Positions 43,319-55,252 are shown, numbered from the stretch's first letter. The stretch is DNA of 64,000 nucleotides from an uncultured delta proteobacterium (GCA_963808625.1 CAWEHK010000021.1:64001-128000); one strand, 5' to 3'. Program-made: numbers and translations. Notes: generated by a model from the letters alone, not told the origin.

Positions 43319-43837
43319 CTAAAAATTACTCAAAAAGCGGTCATGAATGCGGACCGACATTTCTCTCGCGAGATAATCGAGGGTCGCGCGCCGGTTGTCG
43401 AAGCTGATGTTGGGATCAGCATTCTGGAGGAAGACCTGATGGTAGGTGAACTGGGGGTCCTGCCACAGGACCTTACCGTCCCGTGAGTCCACACAGCGGA
43501 TCTCGAGGGTTACATAGAGGCGGCTTTGAATCGTTTCTTCGGCTTCACGGTGAGCGACGGCCGAGGAATAGATGGTGGTGATGCGCCCGCGAAAAACGGC
43601 CTCGGCCTGGTCCACCGGCACCACTTGAAGCTGGCCTTTCGTGATAAACTGCCTCCGCAAAGCACCCGCAAAAATGCTTCCCAGATCGGGTTCGGAGGTG
43701 TTGTTCTCAAAGACCGGGATGGCCACACTGCGCAGACCGGGACGAGGCCCCGGTCCTTCCCCGGAAAAATGATAGCCGCACGAAATGGGAAGGACAGCCA
43801 GCATCAGCAGGAGGATGGCAATGCCCCTGTGCATCAT
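43319..43837 (-). CDS. lptE: LptE-family lipoprotein
   Basis: Lipobox ..ISCGYHF, IPVFENNTSEP; synteny. Confidence 0.85.
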   Translation of the reverse strand: MMHRGIAILLLMLAVLPISCGYHFSGEGPGPRPGLRSVAIPVFENNTSEPDLGSIFAGALRRQFITKGQLQVVPVDQAEAVFRGRITTIYSSAVAHREAEETIQSRLYVTLEIRCVDSRDGKVLWQDPQFTYHQVFLQNADPNISFDNRRATLDYLAREMSVRIHDRFLSNF

Positions 43838-43888
43838 CTTCTTATGCTCGTTCGGTTTACGCTTTATCACAGCCGAAATTCTCTCTTT

Positions 43889-43963
43889 TCCACGAAGGAC
43901 ACGAAGAGACACGAAGTAGTTGTCGTTGTCATTCTTTCGTGTCTATTCGTGCTCATTCGTGGA
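43889..43963. repeat. CACGAAG-type palindromic element (second copy)
   Basis: tccacgaaggacacgaagagacacgaag...ttcgtgtctattcgtgctcattcgtgga. Confidence 0.8.
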
Positions 43964-43984
43964 TGAAGAAGCCGACAGCCTTTT

Positions 43985-46474
43985 TCACACCACGATGTTG
44001 ACGAGCTTGTCCGGCACCACCACGATCTTCCTGATCGTCTTGCCGGCAATAAAATCCTGCGTCCGACCATCCTGGAGGGCCGCCTGCTCCACTTGCTCGC
44101 GGGTCGCCTCCGCCGAGACCATGATGCGGCTTCGCAGTTTGCCGTTCACCTGGACTACAATCAGCACTTCTTCAGCCTGCAGGGCTTCTTCGCTCCACTC
44201 GGGCCAGGGCGTCTTCACCACGCTTCCCGAATGTCCCAGAGCCTGCCAGAGCTCTTCCGCGATGTGGGGGACAATGGGCGAGACGAGTAAGATCATGGCC
44301 TCGACCGCGGCTTTCATGACCGGCCAGAAAGGGCCGTCCCGGGAAGGGAGCTCCAGCACCTGGTACATCTGGTTGACCAGTTCCATCACCGCGGCGATAG
44401 CGGTATTGAAGTGAAAGCGGTCGCCAATGTCCTCGGTTACTTTCTTGATGGTCTGATGGGTTTTGCGATGCAGATCGGCCAGGGGTTTTGGAAGCTCGGG
44501 GCCGTCCCGATAGCTCTTTGCCGCCTGCAGGGGCTCCTGATTTTCCGCCACCAGCCGCCACATTCGAGACAGGAACCGGGAGGCCCCCTCCACGCCCTGA
44601 TCGCTCCACTCGAGGTCCTTTTCCGGAGGGGCCGCAAAGAGGCAGAAGAGGCGCACGGTATCGGCGCCGTAAGTCTCAATCATTTCATCCGGATCAACCA
44701 CATTTCCCTTGGATTTGCTCATCTTGGCGCCGTCCTTGATGACCATGCCCTGCGTGAGCAAATTCAGGAAGGGTTCGTCGGCATCCAGGTAGCCCAGATC
44801 GCGCAGGACCTTGGTGAAAAACCGGGCATACAGCAGGTGCAGCACGGCGTGCTCGATCCCGCCAATGTATTGATTGACCGGCATCCAGTAAGCGACTTTT
44901 CGGCGGTCGAGGGGGGCCTCATGAGACGAAGCGCAGGCAAAGCGGGCAAAATACCAGGACGATTCGACAAAGGTATCCATGGTGTCCGTTTCGCGCCGTG
45001 CCGGACCGCCGCATTGGGGGCAGGCGGTCTTGACAAAAGGTTCATAGACCGGAAGCGGCGACGCCCCGTTGGGGAGCAATTCCACGTCCGTCGGGAGGAC
45101 CACGGGAAGGTCCTGTTCCGGGACCGGCACGACCCCGCAACGGTCGCAATAGATGATGGGAATGGGGGCGCCCCAGTAGCGCTGTCGCGAGATCCCCCAA
45201 TCGCGAAGGCGGTACTGGATGGTCTCTTCGCCCTGGTTTCGCGCGGCCAGCGCCGCGGTGATCGCTTCGCGCCCCTGCGCCGAGGTCATCCCGTTGAAGG
45301 CGCCGGAATTGACGAGAACGCCGTCTTCTTCGTTGGCGGCGGCAAGCGGTTCGGCATGGGGTGAGGAGGCTTCGCCCTCGGGTACGATGACCACTTTGAT
45401 TGGCAAGCCATATTTCGTGGCGAATTCGAAGTCGCGCTGGTCGTGGGCCGGAACGGCCATGACCGCCCCGGTCCCATAGGCCATGAGGACAAAATTGGCC
45501 ACATAGATCGGCATCTTCTCATTGGTCACCGGGTTGATGCAATAACTCCCGGTGAAGACCCCTTCCTTTTCCAACAGTTCCGCCTCGCGATCGCTGCGCT
45601 TGGCCTGCTTGGCTCTTTCCACAAAACGCCGCACCGCGTCTTCCTGAGGGGTCCCGCGGCAGAGTTTCTCGACCAAGGGGTGCTCGGGAGCCAGGCTCAT
45701 GAACGTCGCCCCGAAAAGCGTATCGGCGCGGGTCGTGAACACCGTGATCCGGCCGTCTCCTGATTCCAGAGGAAAGAGGATCTTGCTGCCGTAACTCTTG
45801 CCGATCCAGTTCTGCTGCATGGTCAGCACCCGTTCCGGCCAGCCCGGCAACTTGTACGTGTAATCAAGAAGCTCTTCCACATACGCGGTAATTTTGAAGA
45901 ACCACTGATCCATTTCCTTCTGAACGACCGGCTGGTCGCAGCGCCAGCAGACCCCCCCCTCGACCTGCTCGTTGGCGAGCACGGTATGGCAGGTATGACA
46001 CCAATTGACATAGGCACTGCGCCGGTAAGCCAGGCCCTGCTCGTACATCTTCAGAAAAAAAAGCTGCTCCCAGCGATAATAGGACACGTCACAGGTGGCG
46101 AATTCCCGCGACCAGTCATAGGAAAATCCCAGTTTCTGCAACTGACTGCGCATGTAGTCGATGTTGTCGTAGGTCCATCTGGCCGGATGGGTATTCGCCT
46201 TGATCGCGGCGTTTTCGGCGGGCATGCCGAAGGCATCCCAACCCATCGGGTGCAGGACGTTGTAGCCCCGCATCATCAAAAAGCGGGCCACGACGTCGCC
46301 AATCGAGTAGTTGCGGACGTGTCCCATATGAATGCGGCCGGAGGGATAGGGGAACATCTCGAGCAGGTAATATTTCTCGCGGGCAGGGTCCTCACCGACC
46401 CGGAAAAGCTGCTCTCGTGCCCAGTGATCCTGCCATTTCTTTTCCATGCTTTTTGGTATATAGCGAGCGTCCAT
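43985..46474 (-). CDS. leuS: Leucine--tRNA ligase
   Basis: [28 protein letters not shown]. Confidence 0.99.
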   Translation of the reverse strand: MDARYIPKSMEKKWQDHWAREQLFRVGEDPAREKYYLLEMFPYPSGRIHMGHVRNYSIGDVVARFLMMRGYNVLHPMGWDAFGMPAENAAIKANTHPARWTYDNIDYMRSQLQKLGFSYDWSREFATCDVSYYRWEQLFFLKMYEQGLAYRRSAYVNWCHTCHTVLANEQVEGGVCWRCDQPVVQKEMDQWFFKITAYVEELLDYTYKLPGWPERVLTMQQNWIGKSYGSKILFPLESGDGRITVFTTRADTLFGATFMSLAPEHPLVEKLCRGTPQEDAVRRFVERAKQAKRSDREAELLEKEGVFTGSYCINPVTNEKMPIYVANFVLMAYGTGAVMAVPAHDQRDFEFATKYGLPIKVVIVPEGEASSPHAEPLAAANEEDGVLVNSGAFNGMTSAQGREAITAALAARNQGEETIQYRLRDWGISRQRYWGAPIPIIYCDRCGVVPVPEQDLPVVLPTDVELLPNGASPLPVYEPFVKTACPQCGGPARRETDTMDTFVESSWYFARFACASSHEAPLDRRKVAYWMPVNQYIGGIEHAVLHLLYARFFTKVLRDLGYLDADEPFLNLLTQGMVIKDGAKMSKSKGNVVDPDEMIETYGADTVRLFCLFAAPPEKDLEWSDQGVEGASRFLSRMWRLVAENQEPLQAAKSYRDGPELPKPLADLHRKTHQTIKKVTEDIGDRFHFNTAIAAVMELVNQMYQVLELPSRDGPFWPVMKAAVEAMILLVSPIVPHIAEELWQALGHSGSVVKTPWPEWSEEALQAEEVLIVVQVNGKLRSRIMVSAEATREQVEQAALQDGRTQDFIAGKTIRKIVVVPDKLVNIVV

Positions 46475-46911
46475 AGAACTCCTTAATGGTGGCGCGTCCC
46501 CTCACGCCTCCCGTTTGAACCGTAATGGATGAGAAGTTGCTTATTTTAACCGCGGAGAGCGCAGAGGTCACAGAGAGATTTCGCTCTGAAATTATCGCAA
46601 TCGTGCAACGGCATCGCCGCAAGCGAACCAAATACTCTGCCTGACAAAAGCCTCGCGCGGAAGCCTCGAATTTGTAGCACATGCCCCTCCCTTTAGCAAT
46701 ATCGAGGCGACGTTGCGTCAGGCATGGGCCGGCAACACGTTCGATTCCGTTGAAGCAGATCGGGGAAGCATCACGTCGGAGGGGTGAGTGTCGGGCGGAC
46801 TGGAACGCGCGGGGTGTTGGTGGGCACGATCAAGCTGTGCTCTCCGGAACCGAGCAGGGACTTATGCCGGCAGGTAACGTCCCAATTGAGTAATTCCTTT
46901 TGGAGAGCTTA

Positions 46912-46988
46912 CCATCGACTGCATACCGGCACCGGCCGGTATGCAGTCGATGGCTCTTCTTGTTGGATTCCGGCTTTCGCCGGTATGA
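46912..46988. repeat. Long hairpin plus half copy of the GTCATACCGG-type repeat
   Basis: CCATCGACTGCATACCGGC...GCCGGTATGCAGTCGATGG followed by GGATTCCGGCTTTCGCCGGTATGA. Confidence 0.65.
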
Positions 46989-47111
46989 GATTGAGTTAGC
47001 GGCGAAATCGCTTAGATGAGGTAACAGGGCCCTTGAGAAGGGATGCCCGCGAGGGAGGAGAACAATCCCCTCCCTCTTCATTCCAGGTTGGCCGGTGAAT
47101 CTATTTCATCG

Positions 47112-48314
47112 TTAACGTCTCGGCTTTTGATAGTACGGCTCGATTGGTATCCACCGGATATAGCCGTAGTCCGAAGTCTCCTTTCCGGAAGCTGTGCCCG
47201 CCGTTCCGTACATGTCCGTGCCGGTGCGCATTCTCCCGGAGAGCACGCCGAGGAGCGGGGTGCTCTCGGCAGCACCACCACAACTGGCGCTGGAAAAGGC
47301 CTGCACGCGAAAACGTCCGGACGAGGTATGAAGGGTTTTCATCTGGAAGAACTTCTGGTTCCTGGGGCTTTTCAGATTTCCGAGCCAACTCTCATAGGCA
47401 GAGTTGGCACACTGGTAAAGGCCTGAGTACTTGACCTCGTTTTCGCTCCAGATGGTGTAAACTACTTTCGTGTAAAGGTTGACGGTGTCATTGGTCAGGT
47501 CCTCTTTGCACGGCACCAGGGCGAGGTTGTTGAACGCCCACCCATCGGTCTTGGCTGGTCCGCTGGGTTCGGCAAGGAAGTCAAACGTCAGATATTTGGG
47601 GCAGGCATCGTAGGCCGCGTTGGACAGGCTGCAGTTATTGTCGCTGTAGTCTGGGCCGGGGCATTTAGATGGCGAAACTACAGTCGTTGGGCTGGCTTTC
47701 AGCCTCATCGTATTGTTGTCGTCTAATCCCTGGACCGTCCCCACCCAAAAACCGTCAGCAAAGGCGCCCGAGCTGTCGATCACATTGGCGGCGAAACGCC
47801 AGGCGCTGTATTCCCAGCCACTCGTGGGCGCCGTGGTTACGTCTGTCAACATACTGTCGCTATTGACAATCATGGCAAATCCGCTGAGATGGTTCCAGGA
47901 GATTTGCTTGCGCCCGGTCGGATCGACCGCCCAGCATTTGAGCGCTCCGGTCTCACCCGCGCCAATCGGTCCGGCAACCGCGCGATCATCCAGACCCGAG
48001 CCGTCGCTGGCCCTGAAGACCGCGGGAGTGTTGGCCAAAAGATACATGCCAAAGGGAACCAGAAGGCCCTGACTCAAGGGATTGCTGCGCACATCTTTGA
48101 TTTCCCAGTAACACTGTACCTGAACATTGCTTGCAGCATTGTTGGAGATGATGATGTAGGTCTCGTTACCGTCGTTGGTCTGGATTTTGGGCCAGATCAA
48201 GATACTCCCTTCCTTCGTGGTGTCGGCACGGCCGTTAATCTGGGCCAGGCTCTGAGAACTTCCCACAACCATCAGGAAGGCCATGAAGAGAGTCACAAGC
48301 ATACACTTTTTCAT
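47112..48314 (-). CDS. Secreted Cys-rich hypothetical protein (paralog 1)
   Basis: Signal peptide ending SLA-Q, RBS GAGGAGG; shares motifs with the upstream paralog. Confidence 0.85.
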   Translation of the reverse strand: MKKCMLVTLFMAFLMVVGSSQSLAQINGRADTTKEGSILIWPKIQTNDGNETYIIISNNAASNVQVQCYWEIKDVRSNPLSQGLLVPFGMYLLANTPAVFRASDGSGLDDRAVAGPIGAGETGALKCWAVDPTGRKQISWNHLSGFAMIVNSDSMLTDVTTAPTSGWEYSAWRFAANVIDSSGAFADGFWVGTVQGLDDNNTMRLKASPTTVVSPSKCPGPDYSDNNCSLSNAAYDACPKYLTFDFLAEPSGPAKTDGWAFNNLALVPCKEDLTNDTVNLYTKVVYTIWSENEVKYSGLYQCANSAYESWLGNLKSPRNQKFFQMKTLHTSSGRFRVQAFSSASCGGAAESTPLLGVLSGRMRTGTDMYGTAGTASGKETSDYGYIRWIPIEPYYQKPRR

Positions 48315-48466
48315 ATTCTTTACCTCCTCGGTAGAAAGCACCCTGTGGCAGAAAACATCGTCCTGTGTTGCCGATCATCAATTGCGTCCCACATTTTGAA
48401 ACCCGATTTCACCCCGAAACCCATCGAGAGAACGGGTCAGGTCACACCTTTCTGGCATGGTATGAG

Positions 48467-49561
48467 CTAATTCCAGGTAATCGAGACGGCCTCGGAGGTG
48501 TATACATCATTCGCATCTTTCAAATAAGCCTGACCAGGCCCGATAGCCGTCGGTGCTTCGCCGACATAAGGTCCGGTGGAGGAACCGAACTGTACGGACA
48601 TGACGCCCACCAGCGGCATCCCCACGCTTCCTGCGCACTTGGTGCTGTCTTGCTTGCCATGGATATAGATAGTGCCGCCCGGCGAGGCAAGATTGACGAA
48701 CGGGTTGCCGCTGGGAGGGTTGTGCAGCTTGGAGCTGGTCAGAGGTTCGGAGAACCACTGGGTGGCAGAGGTGCCACATCCCACGCATATCCACGTACCC
48801 GAACTCGAATTTCCATATTCATCACGGGTTTTCATTTCGGTGGAGACGATGTTGTTGGTGTTGCTTGCAAAGTTATCGCCACAAGTAACCAGGGTCAGAA
48901 CGTTATTGACCGTGCCTTTGGGATAGGGGTCCGAACCGCTTGGCGCCTGCTTCATGAAGTTGAACAAGAGCGCCGTCGGGCAGCTATCGTAGTTTCCTGA
49001 ATCCCCCGACAGCTGTAGCTTATACGCAGCGCCAGCATCAGCGCCGGTCGTCGATGAATTGACCGCAAACCGCCAGGCACTGTACTCCCACGCGGCGTTA
49101 TTCGGTTCGTAAACGATCGCTTCCCCCGCCAGCCAGTTCCAGGCGATGCCGTTGGTCTCCGCATCGTTTACGGCCCAGCACTTCAAGGTCGCCGACTTGC
49201 CCGAGGCGACTGCGGGAGGACTGCCCATGGCATTGAGAAAAGACTTACCGACACTTTTGCCGGTAGAAGCCACCCAGGATACCTGCTGGTTGGGCATGAG
49301 CGTAAAGACCCAGGAAGCATCTGAATACGGGAACGCGTAACGGTAGAAGCATTTTACTTTAACGCTCTGGTAGTAATCGTTGCTCAACTTTATGGTCGTG
49401 TTCGTGCTGGTTGCCGAGTTCACCTTGATCAGCGGCCAGACCAGCAGGCTCCCCTTCTTTGCGGTATCGGCGACGGTGCGATCAAGCTGGGCCAGACACG
49501 CAGTGCCAAATAGCGACACGGCAACGATCGCGATAAAAACAATGAGCATGCACCTTTTCAT
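48467..49561 (-). CDS. Secreted Cys-rich hypothetical protein (paralog 2)
   Basis: Signal peptide ending CLA-Q; KGSLLVWP, LKCWAV, WEYSAWRFA, YDSCP. Confidence 0.85.
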   Translation of the reverse strand: MKRCMLIVFIAIVAVSLFGTACLAQLDRTVADTAKKGSLLVWPLIKVNSATSTNTTIKLSNDYYQSVKVKCFYRYAFPYSDASWVFTLMPNQQVSWVASTGKSVGKSFLNAMGSPPAVASGKSATLKCWAVNDAETNGIAWNWLAGEAIVYEPNNAAWEYSAWRFAVNSSTTGADAGAAYKLQLSGDSGNYDSCPTALLFNFMKQAPSGSDPYPKGTVNNVLTLVTCGDNFASNTNNIVSTEMKTRDEYGNSSSGTWICVGCGTSATQWFSEPLTSSKLHNPPSGNPFVNLASPGGTIYIHGKQDSTKCAGSVGMPLVGVMSVQFGSSTGPYVGEAPTAIGPGQAYLKDANDVYTSEAVSITWN

Positions 49562-50404
49562 ACTCTCTTCTCCTTGGGTTACAGTTGTCCACAGCGACAG
49601 CACTTACCTCCAATCAATCCTGGTGACCCGAATGCATGAAAAGATCCTTTCGCGTCAGCGACTCCTTCACCCCTCCTTTCGGTGCCTGAACAAACACCTC
49701 TTGCCCTGATCAGGGTTCTCTCCAACATCACCTCGTTTCCGCATCTCTCAGCTGCCTGATACAAAGTACCTTACATAAGAGGGAACCCAGCAAACGGGGT
49801 CCCTTCGAAGCCGCTGATGGGAACCACGGGCCGATTAAAACCGCTTCAACCGGTACCGCAAGGGGCGGAACCCATAATGGTGAAGATTTTTGTCGTCAGG
49901 CGTGGGGTTCGAGGAGTTCTGCCAGGGTGGCAGTCGCTGCACGATGGGGGAGGCAAAGTCGCCAGGAGAGAGGGGGTCGTGCATTCGAACAGAAGAGTCA
50001 TTCTGTCAATCTCTGACAGATCCATAACACCAGCCCTCGACTGCATACAAGCCGAACAAAGAGCGGAACAGGTTAAGCATGTCCTTGGTTGAAAAAAATG
50101 TCGCCCCCCGTCGGGAGACGTTCGAACACGTCGCAACGGCGCACTCCGGCCCTAAGCTGCACCGCTTTTCAGCCGGTTACTCCTGCGTCCTCATTGACCA
50201 AAGCCGCTTGTGCTCAAGATAAAAGAGAAAGCTGTCTTTCAAAAAGCCGGGGACTCTTTTTATAGTTCACGAACCCCTACCACTATCTTGATGTTTTGTC
50301 AATATTTAGTGTGACGGCGTATAGATGTGTGCCCGAAGTCAGTTGGTCATGAAGGAGCACCGATCTGCCGGGTGCGAAGCCTCAGGGGCCTGGTCTGCAC
50401 CTCT

Positions 50405-51130
50405 TCACCAGAGCCGGTCCGCATTGATCCGGGGCAAACCGAGCGCGAGGATCTTTGCTGCCGTCCCGGCAATGTCGTAGGGGAGAGAACGGACGGTGAG
50501 ATGCCGGGATTGCGTGTCCCAGATGAGGTACTTGGCACGGTTGTCGCCGTCTCTGGGCTGTCCCACGCTGCCCGCGTTGATCAGATATTTCCAGCCGTCC
50601 TCGAGCATAAACTCCGCTTTGGCCAGGGGCATGTGCCCAATCCGTTGCCCGTCGAAGGCAACCAGTTCGAGATCGTGAGTATGGCCCACGAAACACAACT
50701 CTTGATCAAGTGATGACAGGACCCTCTTGACCTGCCTGTCCGAGACCTCGAAGAGGTACGTGGTGGCCGACTCGGGAGGGAAGCCGTGAACGAACAGGCA
50801 GCGCTCGATGGTTAGAGCAGGAGCCAGCTGATGGATGTAGGCAATGCTCTCAGGTGAAAGCAGTTCCCGATTGAGCTCGAGCGATCTCCGGGCGTGCCAG
50901 TTGAACCAGGAGCGGCAGGTAGGATCGATGATCCCCTGTTCGTGGTTTCCCCTAATCGAAAGGATGCAGCGTGCGCGAATGAGTTGGAGCACTTCCTCGG
51001 GTTCCGGGCCGTAGCCGATATTGTCGCCAAGGGAGACAATCTGGTCCACCTTGGAGCGATCAATATCCGCCAATACCTCGCGGAAGGCCTCGAGGTTGCT
51101 GTGAATATCGGAAACAATTGCGATGCGCAT
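50405..51130 (-). CDS. Metallophosphoesterase (calcineurin-like)
   Basis: SDIHSN, LGDNIGYG, GNHE, GHTH, NAGSVGQPRD. Confidence 0.92.
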   Translation of the reverse strand: MRIAIVSDIHSNLEAFREVLADIDRSKVDQIVSLGDNIGYGPEPEEVLQLIRARCILSIRGNHEQGIIDPTCRSWFNWHARRSLELNRELLSPESIAYIHQLAPALTIERCLFVHGFPPESATTYLFEVSDRQVKRVLSSLDQELCFVGHTHDLELVAFDGQRIGHMPLAKAEFMLEDGWKYLINAGSVGQPRDGDNRAKYLIWDTQSRHLTVRSLPYDIAGTAAKILALGLPRINADRLW

Positions 51131-51462
51131 GGGGCAATCCTGCATTGAGAAGAGGATTCGATCCCAAATTCTCTATTCCAATTTCTTGAAATGTCATCAT
51201 CGTAGTATAGTATTGAAGTGCAACTCTTGCCATCGCGAGATGGCAACCAGGGTGCGCCCTTCTCAGCCGGGCGATGAACTGCAGGCAGTCAGCCATTTCC
51301 TTGCTATACTCGCTAAGGTTAGAAACCTGCTTTCTGGAGGAGCGGCACTTTGCCGCAACCTTGACAAAATCGCGCCGAAGAGGCGCACCTACAAAAAGGT
51401 GGTGGTTCTGGCACAAGGAAAGGACCCTGCCTTAATCAGCATAAATCTCTTCCGGGTGAACC

Positions 51463-52023
51463 ATGAAACCTTTAACCCTATTGCTGGCTGGGTGGAAAGC
51501 CCGCGCCACCGGCGGGCGCCCCCGAGAGCCATCTGCAAAAGTCCGAAAGCTAAGGTTTTCCCTGGTTGTTGTGGCAGTCTTTCTCGCGGGTTCGAACACG
51601 GTCCATTCCGGAGCTTTGCCGCCGCCTCCGCTCGTGGTGAGCCCGGCCCAACCGTCTTCCCAGGAACAAGAAAAAGCTTATGACCTGTACCGTCTGGCTC
51701 ATGCTGTAAATGGTCGGCTGAAATGGGACGGATGCCTTGCCCGGAAAGCCTTCCGGCGGGCGAAGAACCTGGTGGATGGTGGCACCTTTGCCCATAAGGA
51801 TCCTCGAACCGGCAAGAACCCGGCCTGGGAAATGGTGGTTCAGTGTAAGAAATATCGATATGCAGGGGAGAACCTGGCAAAAGGGGACCAATCGGCGGAA
51901 GCGATCCATCGAGCCCTGATGCAGAGCCCTGCCCACCGTGCCAACATTATCAAACCAGCGTACCGATATCTCGGTGTTGGCTGCTGCCATAATGTATGCG
52001 TGCAGCTCTTTGCCGGGTTTTGA
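51463..52023 (+). CDS. CAP (SCP-like) domain protein
   Basis: FAH, GENLA, MQSPAHRANI, LGVG; start uncertain. Confidence 0.85.
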   Translation: MKPLTLLLAGWKARATGGRPREPSAKVRKLRFSLVVVAVFLAGSNTVHSGALPPPPLVVSPAQPSSQEQEKAYDLYRLAHAVNGRLKWDGCLARKAFRRAKNLVDGGTFAHKDPRTGKNPAWEMVVQCKKYRYAGENLAKGDQSAEAIHRALMQSPAHRANIIKPAYRYLGVGCCHNVCVQLFAGF

Positions 52024-52024
52024 G

Positions 52025-53344
52025 GGTGAGAGCTTACCGCGTACCGGTCGGATTCCTCGAGAGACCCCACCGTCGGCTTGCGCTCCGAAATGTCTTCCAA
52101 GATGCCGATGCCTCCCAGGCATGAGCCGTCATCGGCCTGGATCGGCCCGAAGTCGGCTTTCAGATTGGTGATCTTGCCGCCGGTTATCGAGAGGTAATGG
52201 CCTTCATAGCAGCCTGGGTTTCCGGCGAGGCAGGTCCCCACGGCGGCTTTCATTTTCTTGTTCTTTAAGGAATTCATCAGATTGAAGCCGATCAATTTCT
52301 CCCTGCAGGACCCCCAAATTTTCAAGATCGTGTCATTGCATGCCGTAATGTTCCCGTTTTGGTCAAAATGTAAGATGCCCAGGGGGGAATTTTCAAAAAT
52401 CATGCGGTACTTTTCTTCCGATTCTCGCAGCTTCTTTTCAGCCTGCTTGCGAATCGAGATGTCCGTTACGGTCCCGATTGCGCCCTTGTAGTTGCCGCTT
52501 TCATCCCGGAGAGGCGAAATGGAAATAATCACTGGAATCTTGCGGCCATCCTTGGCGAGCAGCTCAACTTCACAGGAGGTGTTTTCATCCCGTCTGTTTC
52601 TGACTATTTCCTTTTCGTGCCTGGCCAGGTTCGCCTGACCAAAGAACTCGGCCTCACTGCGTCCGATCAGCTCGTCCCTTGAATAGCCGAGCATCTCGCA
52701 GAGCTTGTCATTGGCATAAATGATCACGCCGTTTTCATCCTGGACCCCGAGCCCTTCATTCATGGTTTCAACCAACATTCGAAAGCGCTGCTCGCTTTTT
52801 TTCAGCGATTCCTCGGCAAGCTTGCGCTCGGTGATGTCCCGGATGGACTCGATGGCGCCCGTCAGCTTGCCGCTGTTATCATAGAGGGGCGCAGCCTTCC
52901 CCCAGAGATATGCTCCCCTGCCTCCGTAAAGCATGGGAGCATAGGTTTCGGCGTAAAAATCCCGTCCGTTTCTTTCAACAAAATGGTATCTTTTGCGGGT
53001 ATCGGCTTCGCCATGGATTACGAAGTCGATCAAAATCGGTCTGGATTCTCCATAGAACGGAACGGCATAGACGATAATCACCCTTCCCGAGAATATCTCG
53101 CTTTGCCACGCCCGTCATCTCTTCCACGGCATGATTCCAGGCGATGACTCTGCCCTCACAATCAATCACAAACGTGGCGTCGGGGAGGAATTCGATGATG
53201 TCGAGAGACTGCCGGTGGGGGATCAGGAGTTCTTTCCCGGCTTCTCTGATTTGCGCTTCCGAGTGTTGCCAGTTCACTGAGCTTCCGGCAAGTCAGCAGC
53301 AATTCATTGATCAGATCGTCTCGGGATTGCTTTTGATTTTCCAT
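52025..53344 (-). CDS. Multi-PAS (S-box) sensor protein with no visible output domain (frameshifts near 53295 and 53080; 3' end uncertain)
   Basis: Three PAS/PAC units (IEFLPDATF...ESIRDITERK; VETMNEG...TDISIRK; FENSPLG...EDISERK). Confidence 0.75.
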
Positions 53345-53496
53345 CTTTGAACCCTCAAGTTGAAAACAGCCCAGCTTGAAAATAGTCAGCACGTGCCTTA
53401 AGAAGAGGAACCTATCCGGATTCGATCGTGCCTTGAGAGTTACTTCAAGTTCGCAGCAAGTAAGCGCAATCTTGGGTTCTTTGTCAAACAGTTTTC

Positions 53497-53706
53497 TTAC
53501 TTTTCGGGTTTCTTATGAGGGTCTGACAACTCTGCCTTCAGCTGTTCCAGGTGTGCCAGGCAACGAGTGATCGAGCGGCCGCCGCGGCGCTTGAACTCGG
53601 AGCATTGGCTGCAGTTGAAGCGCTCGCTGAGCAGCTTCCTTAAGATCTGGTCCTGGCAAATCCTCTCCACCACATCGCCTTCTTCTTTTCTCTCATCGGT
53701 ACCCAT
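53497..53706 (-). CDS. Small hypothetical protein with CxxC
   Basis: 69-aa ORF with RBS GAGG; CSQC...C..H. Confidence 0.45.
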   Translation of the reverse strand: MGTDERKEEGDVVERICQDQILRKLLSERFNCSQCSEFKRRGGRSITRCLAHLEQLKAELSDPHKKPEK

Positions 53707-53764
53707 GGTGTGGTTCCTCGACTCGAGCCATCAAGGCTGTTTGTATGCCCAAACCAAAAAAGGG

Positions 53765-55149
53765 TCACGTTTCAAAACGGGCGTATGCTTCGCGCAGAAT
53801 CTCCACAGGGTGAAAAACCTGGTGAGGGATGAGCTGGTTGAACTGGATGCGGCAGCTCAGGCAGTCGCATACCAGCCGTTCGGGATCGAGCTCCTGGACT
53901 TTCGCCATGAGAGCGATTCCCCATCGCGACCGAAATATCGTGGAAATCTTGCTTGAATCCCATGATGCCGGCAATGCCGCAGCAGTAGGAAGGTCCGTCG
54001 ATCCTGACGAGGGTGGCGCCGGGAATGAGGCTGAGCAAATCGAAATAGGGCCGACCGATCTTTTGTTCCCGTAAGTGGCAGGGAGGGTAATAGGCCATGC
54101 GCGCCGGCACGCGGCCGAAGTTCCGGTCCAACTCCCCTCGGCCGTGCAGGCTCCACAGATATTCTCCCAGGTCGTAGGTGCGCCCGGCAACCTTCATCCT
54201 CTTTACCGGCGTCGATGGAGGAGAAATACCCTTCATCCTTAAACAGGTTCTCGGCGATAGTGTTACCGGGGAAGGACCATTGTCTGCGAACCGTTCGCAT
54301 ACCCGCTCGATAATTGGCCCAGCAGCTGCCTCCCCGGCTGATCGAGTCACGATAGGCATCGGTATGACAGGCGCCTTCACCCAGTACGCTTTTCAGCATG
54401 AAGCCACAGGTGGGGCAGGAGCAAAGGATTTCATAGCCGGCATCGACGGCTTCAGCGAGCCGGTCCACGTTGAACTTCGCAAACTCAAAGGTGAGCGGCC
54501 CGTCGCCCTCGATCATGCTTGGCATACCGCAGCATTTCTGCTCGGGCACGTATACTTCGACCCCGTTGCGTTCCAGCACCTCGATCACCGCCCGGGGCGT
54601 CTCGGGAAACAGGTATTGGCCCGTACATCCAGCGAAATAGGCTATTTTCCTGGTCGCCGCCGGCCGGCGCAGCGGAGCGCCACGCTTTGCCATCCATTGC
54701 GGAAAGCTCTCTTGAGGAAAGACGGGGAGCTTCCGCTCCGCATGAATCCCGGCAAGCTTTTTAAGGGCGCTTCCCGAGAAGGGGCCTTGGAGGAGGATAT
54801 TGGTCAGACGAGGATACGCGCCGCACACTCGGGCCACGCGCTCGACGTCTTCAAGCAGTCTGATCGCTGGTTTGAGCCCGTCTCGGCTGACAAAAGCATG
54901 CTTGGCCCTCATCACGTCAGAGCGGACGTTGGGGCAGGGGCAATGGCCGCAGAAATTGCACAAATCCAGGAGCCGGCGCAACTCTCCGGGCGTCGCTTTC
55001 TGTTTCTGCACTGCCTCCCGGTCGTAGAGCCGATACAATTGGGGGAAAAACATGCACGGGGTATGTTCCATGAGGTATCTGCAGACATCACACTCCGCGC
55101 ATCCATCAATTACGGCCTGAGCCATCTGTTCCGGGGAATCGCCGGCCAT
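53765..55149 (-). CDS. GlpC/HdrD-like Fe-S protein with two CCG domains (frameshifts near 54195 and 53912)
   Basis: CAECDVC, CNFCGHCPC, YFAGC, CCGMP, CPTC, PCH, CCGIAG, CLSCRIQ. Confidence 0.85.
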
Positions 55150-55252
55150 CCTTATCGCTCCACCTTCCTGAAAGCCTCTGGCAACACTGCGCTCCCATGC
55201 CAGGCAGGAGCAGGCAGGAGAACAGCCCTTTTGGGCACTGTCCACCCGCAAA

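Noticed and set aside
49600..49760. Possible glycine riboswitch (GGAGAG...CACCGAAAGGAG on the minus strand)
   Set aside because: Lacks the conserved CTCTCAGG element and the tandem aptamer; the downstream genes are unrelated to glycine.
49846..50136. Short ORF with a CSDCH heme-like motif
   Set aside because: No signal peptide or credible start/RBS; a single CxxCH can arise by chance.
50130..50200. Possible c-di-GMP-I riboswitch (GGACGCA on the minus strand)
   Set aside because: No GYAAA/GNRA P2 arrangement or matching P1 could be built.
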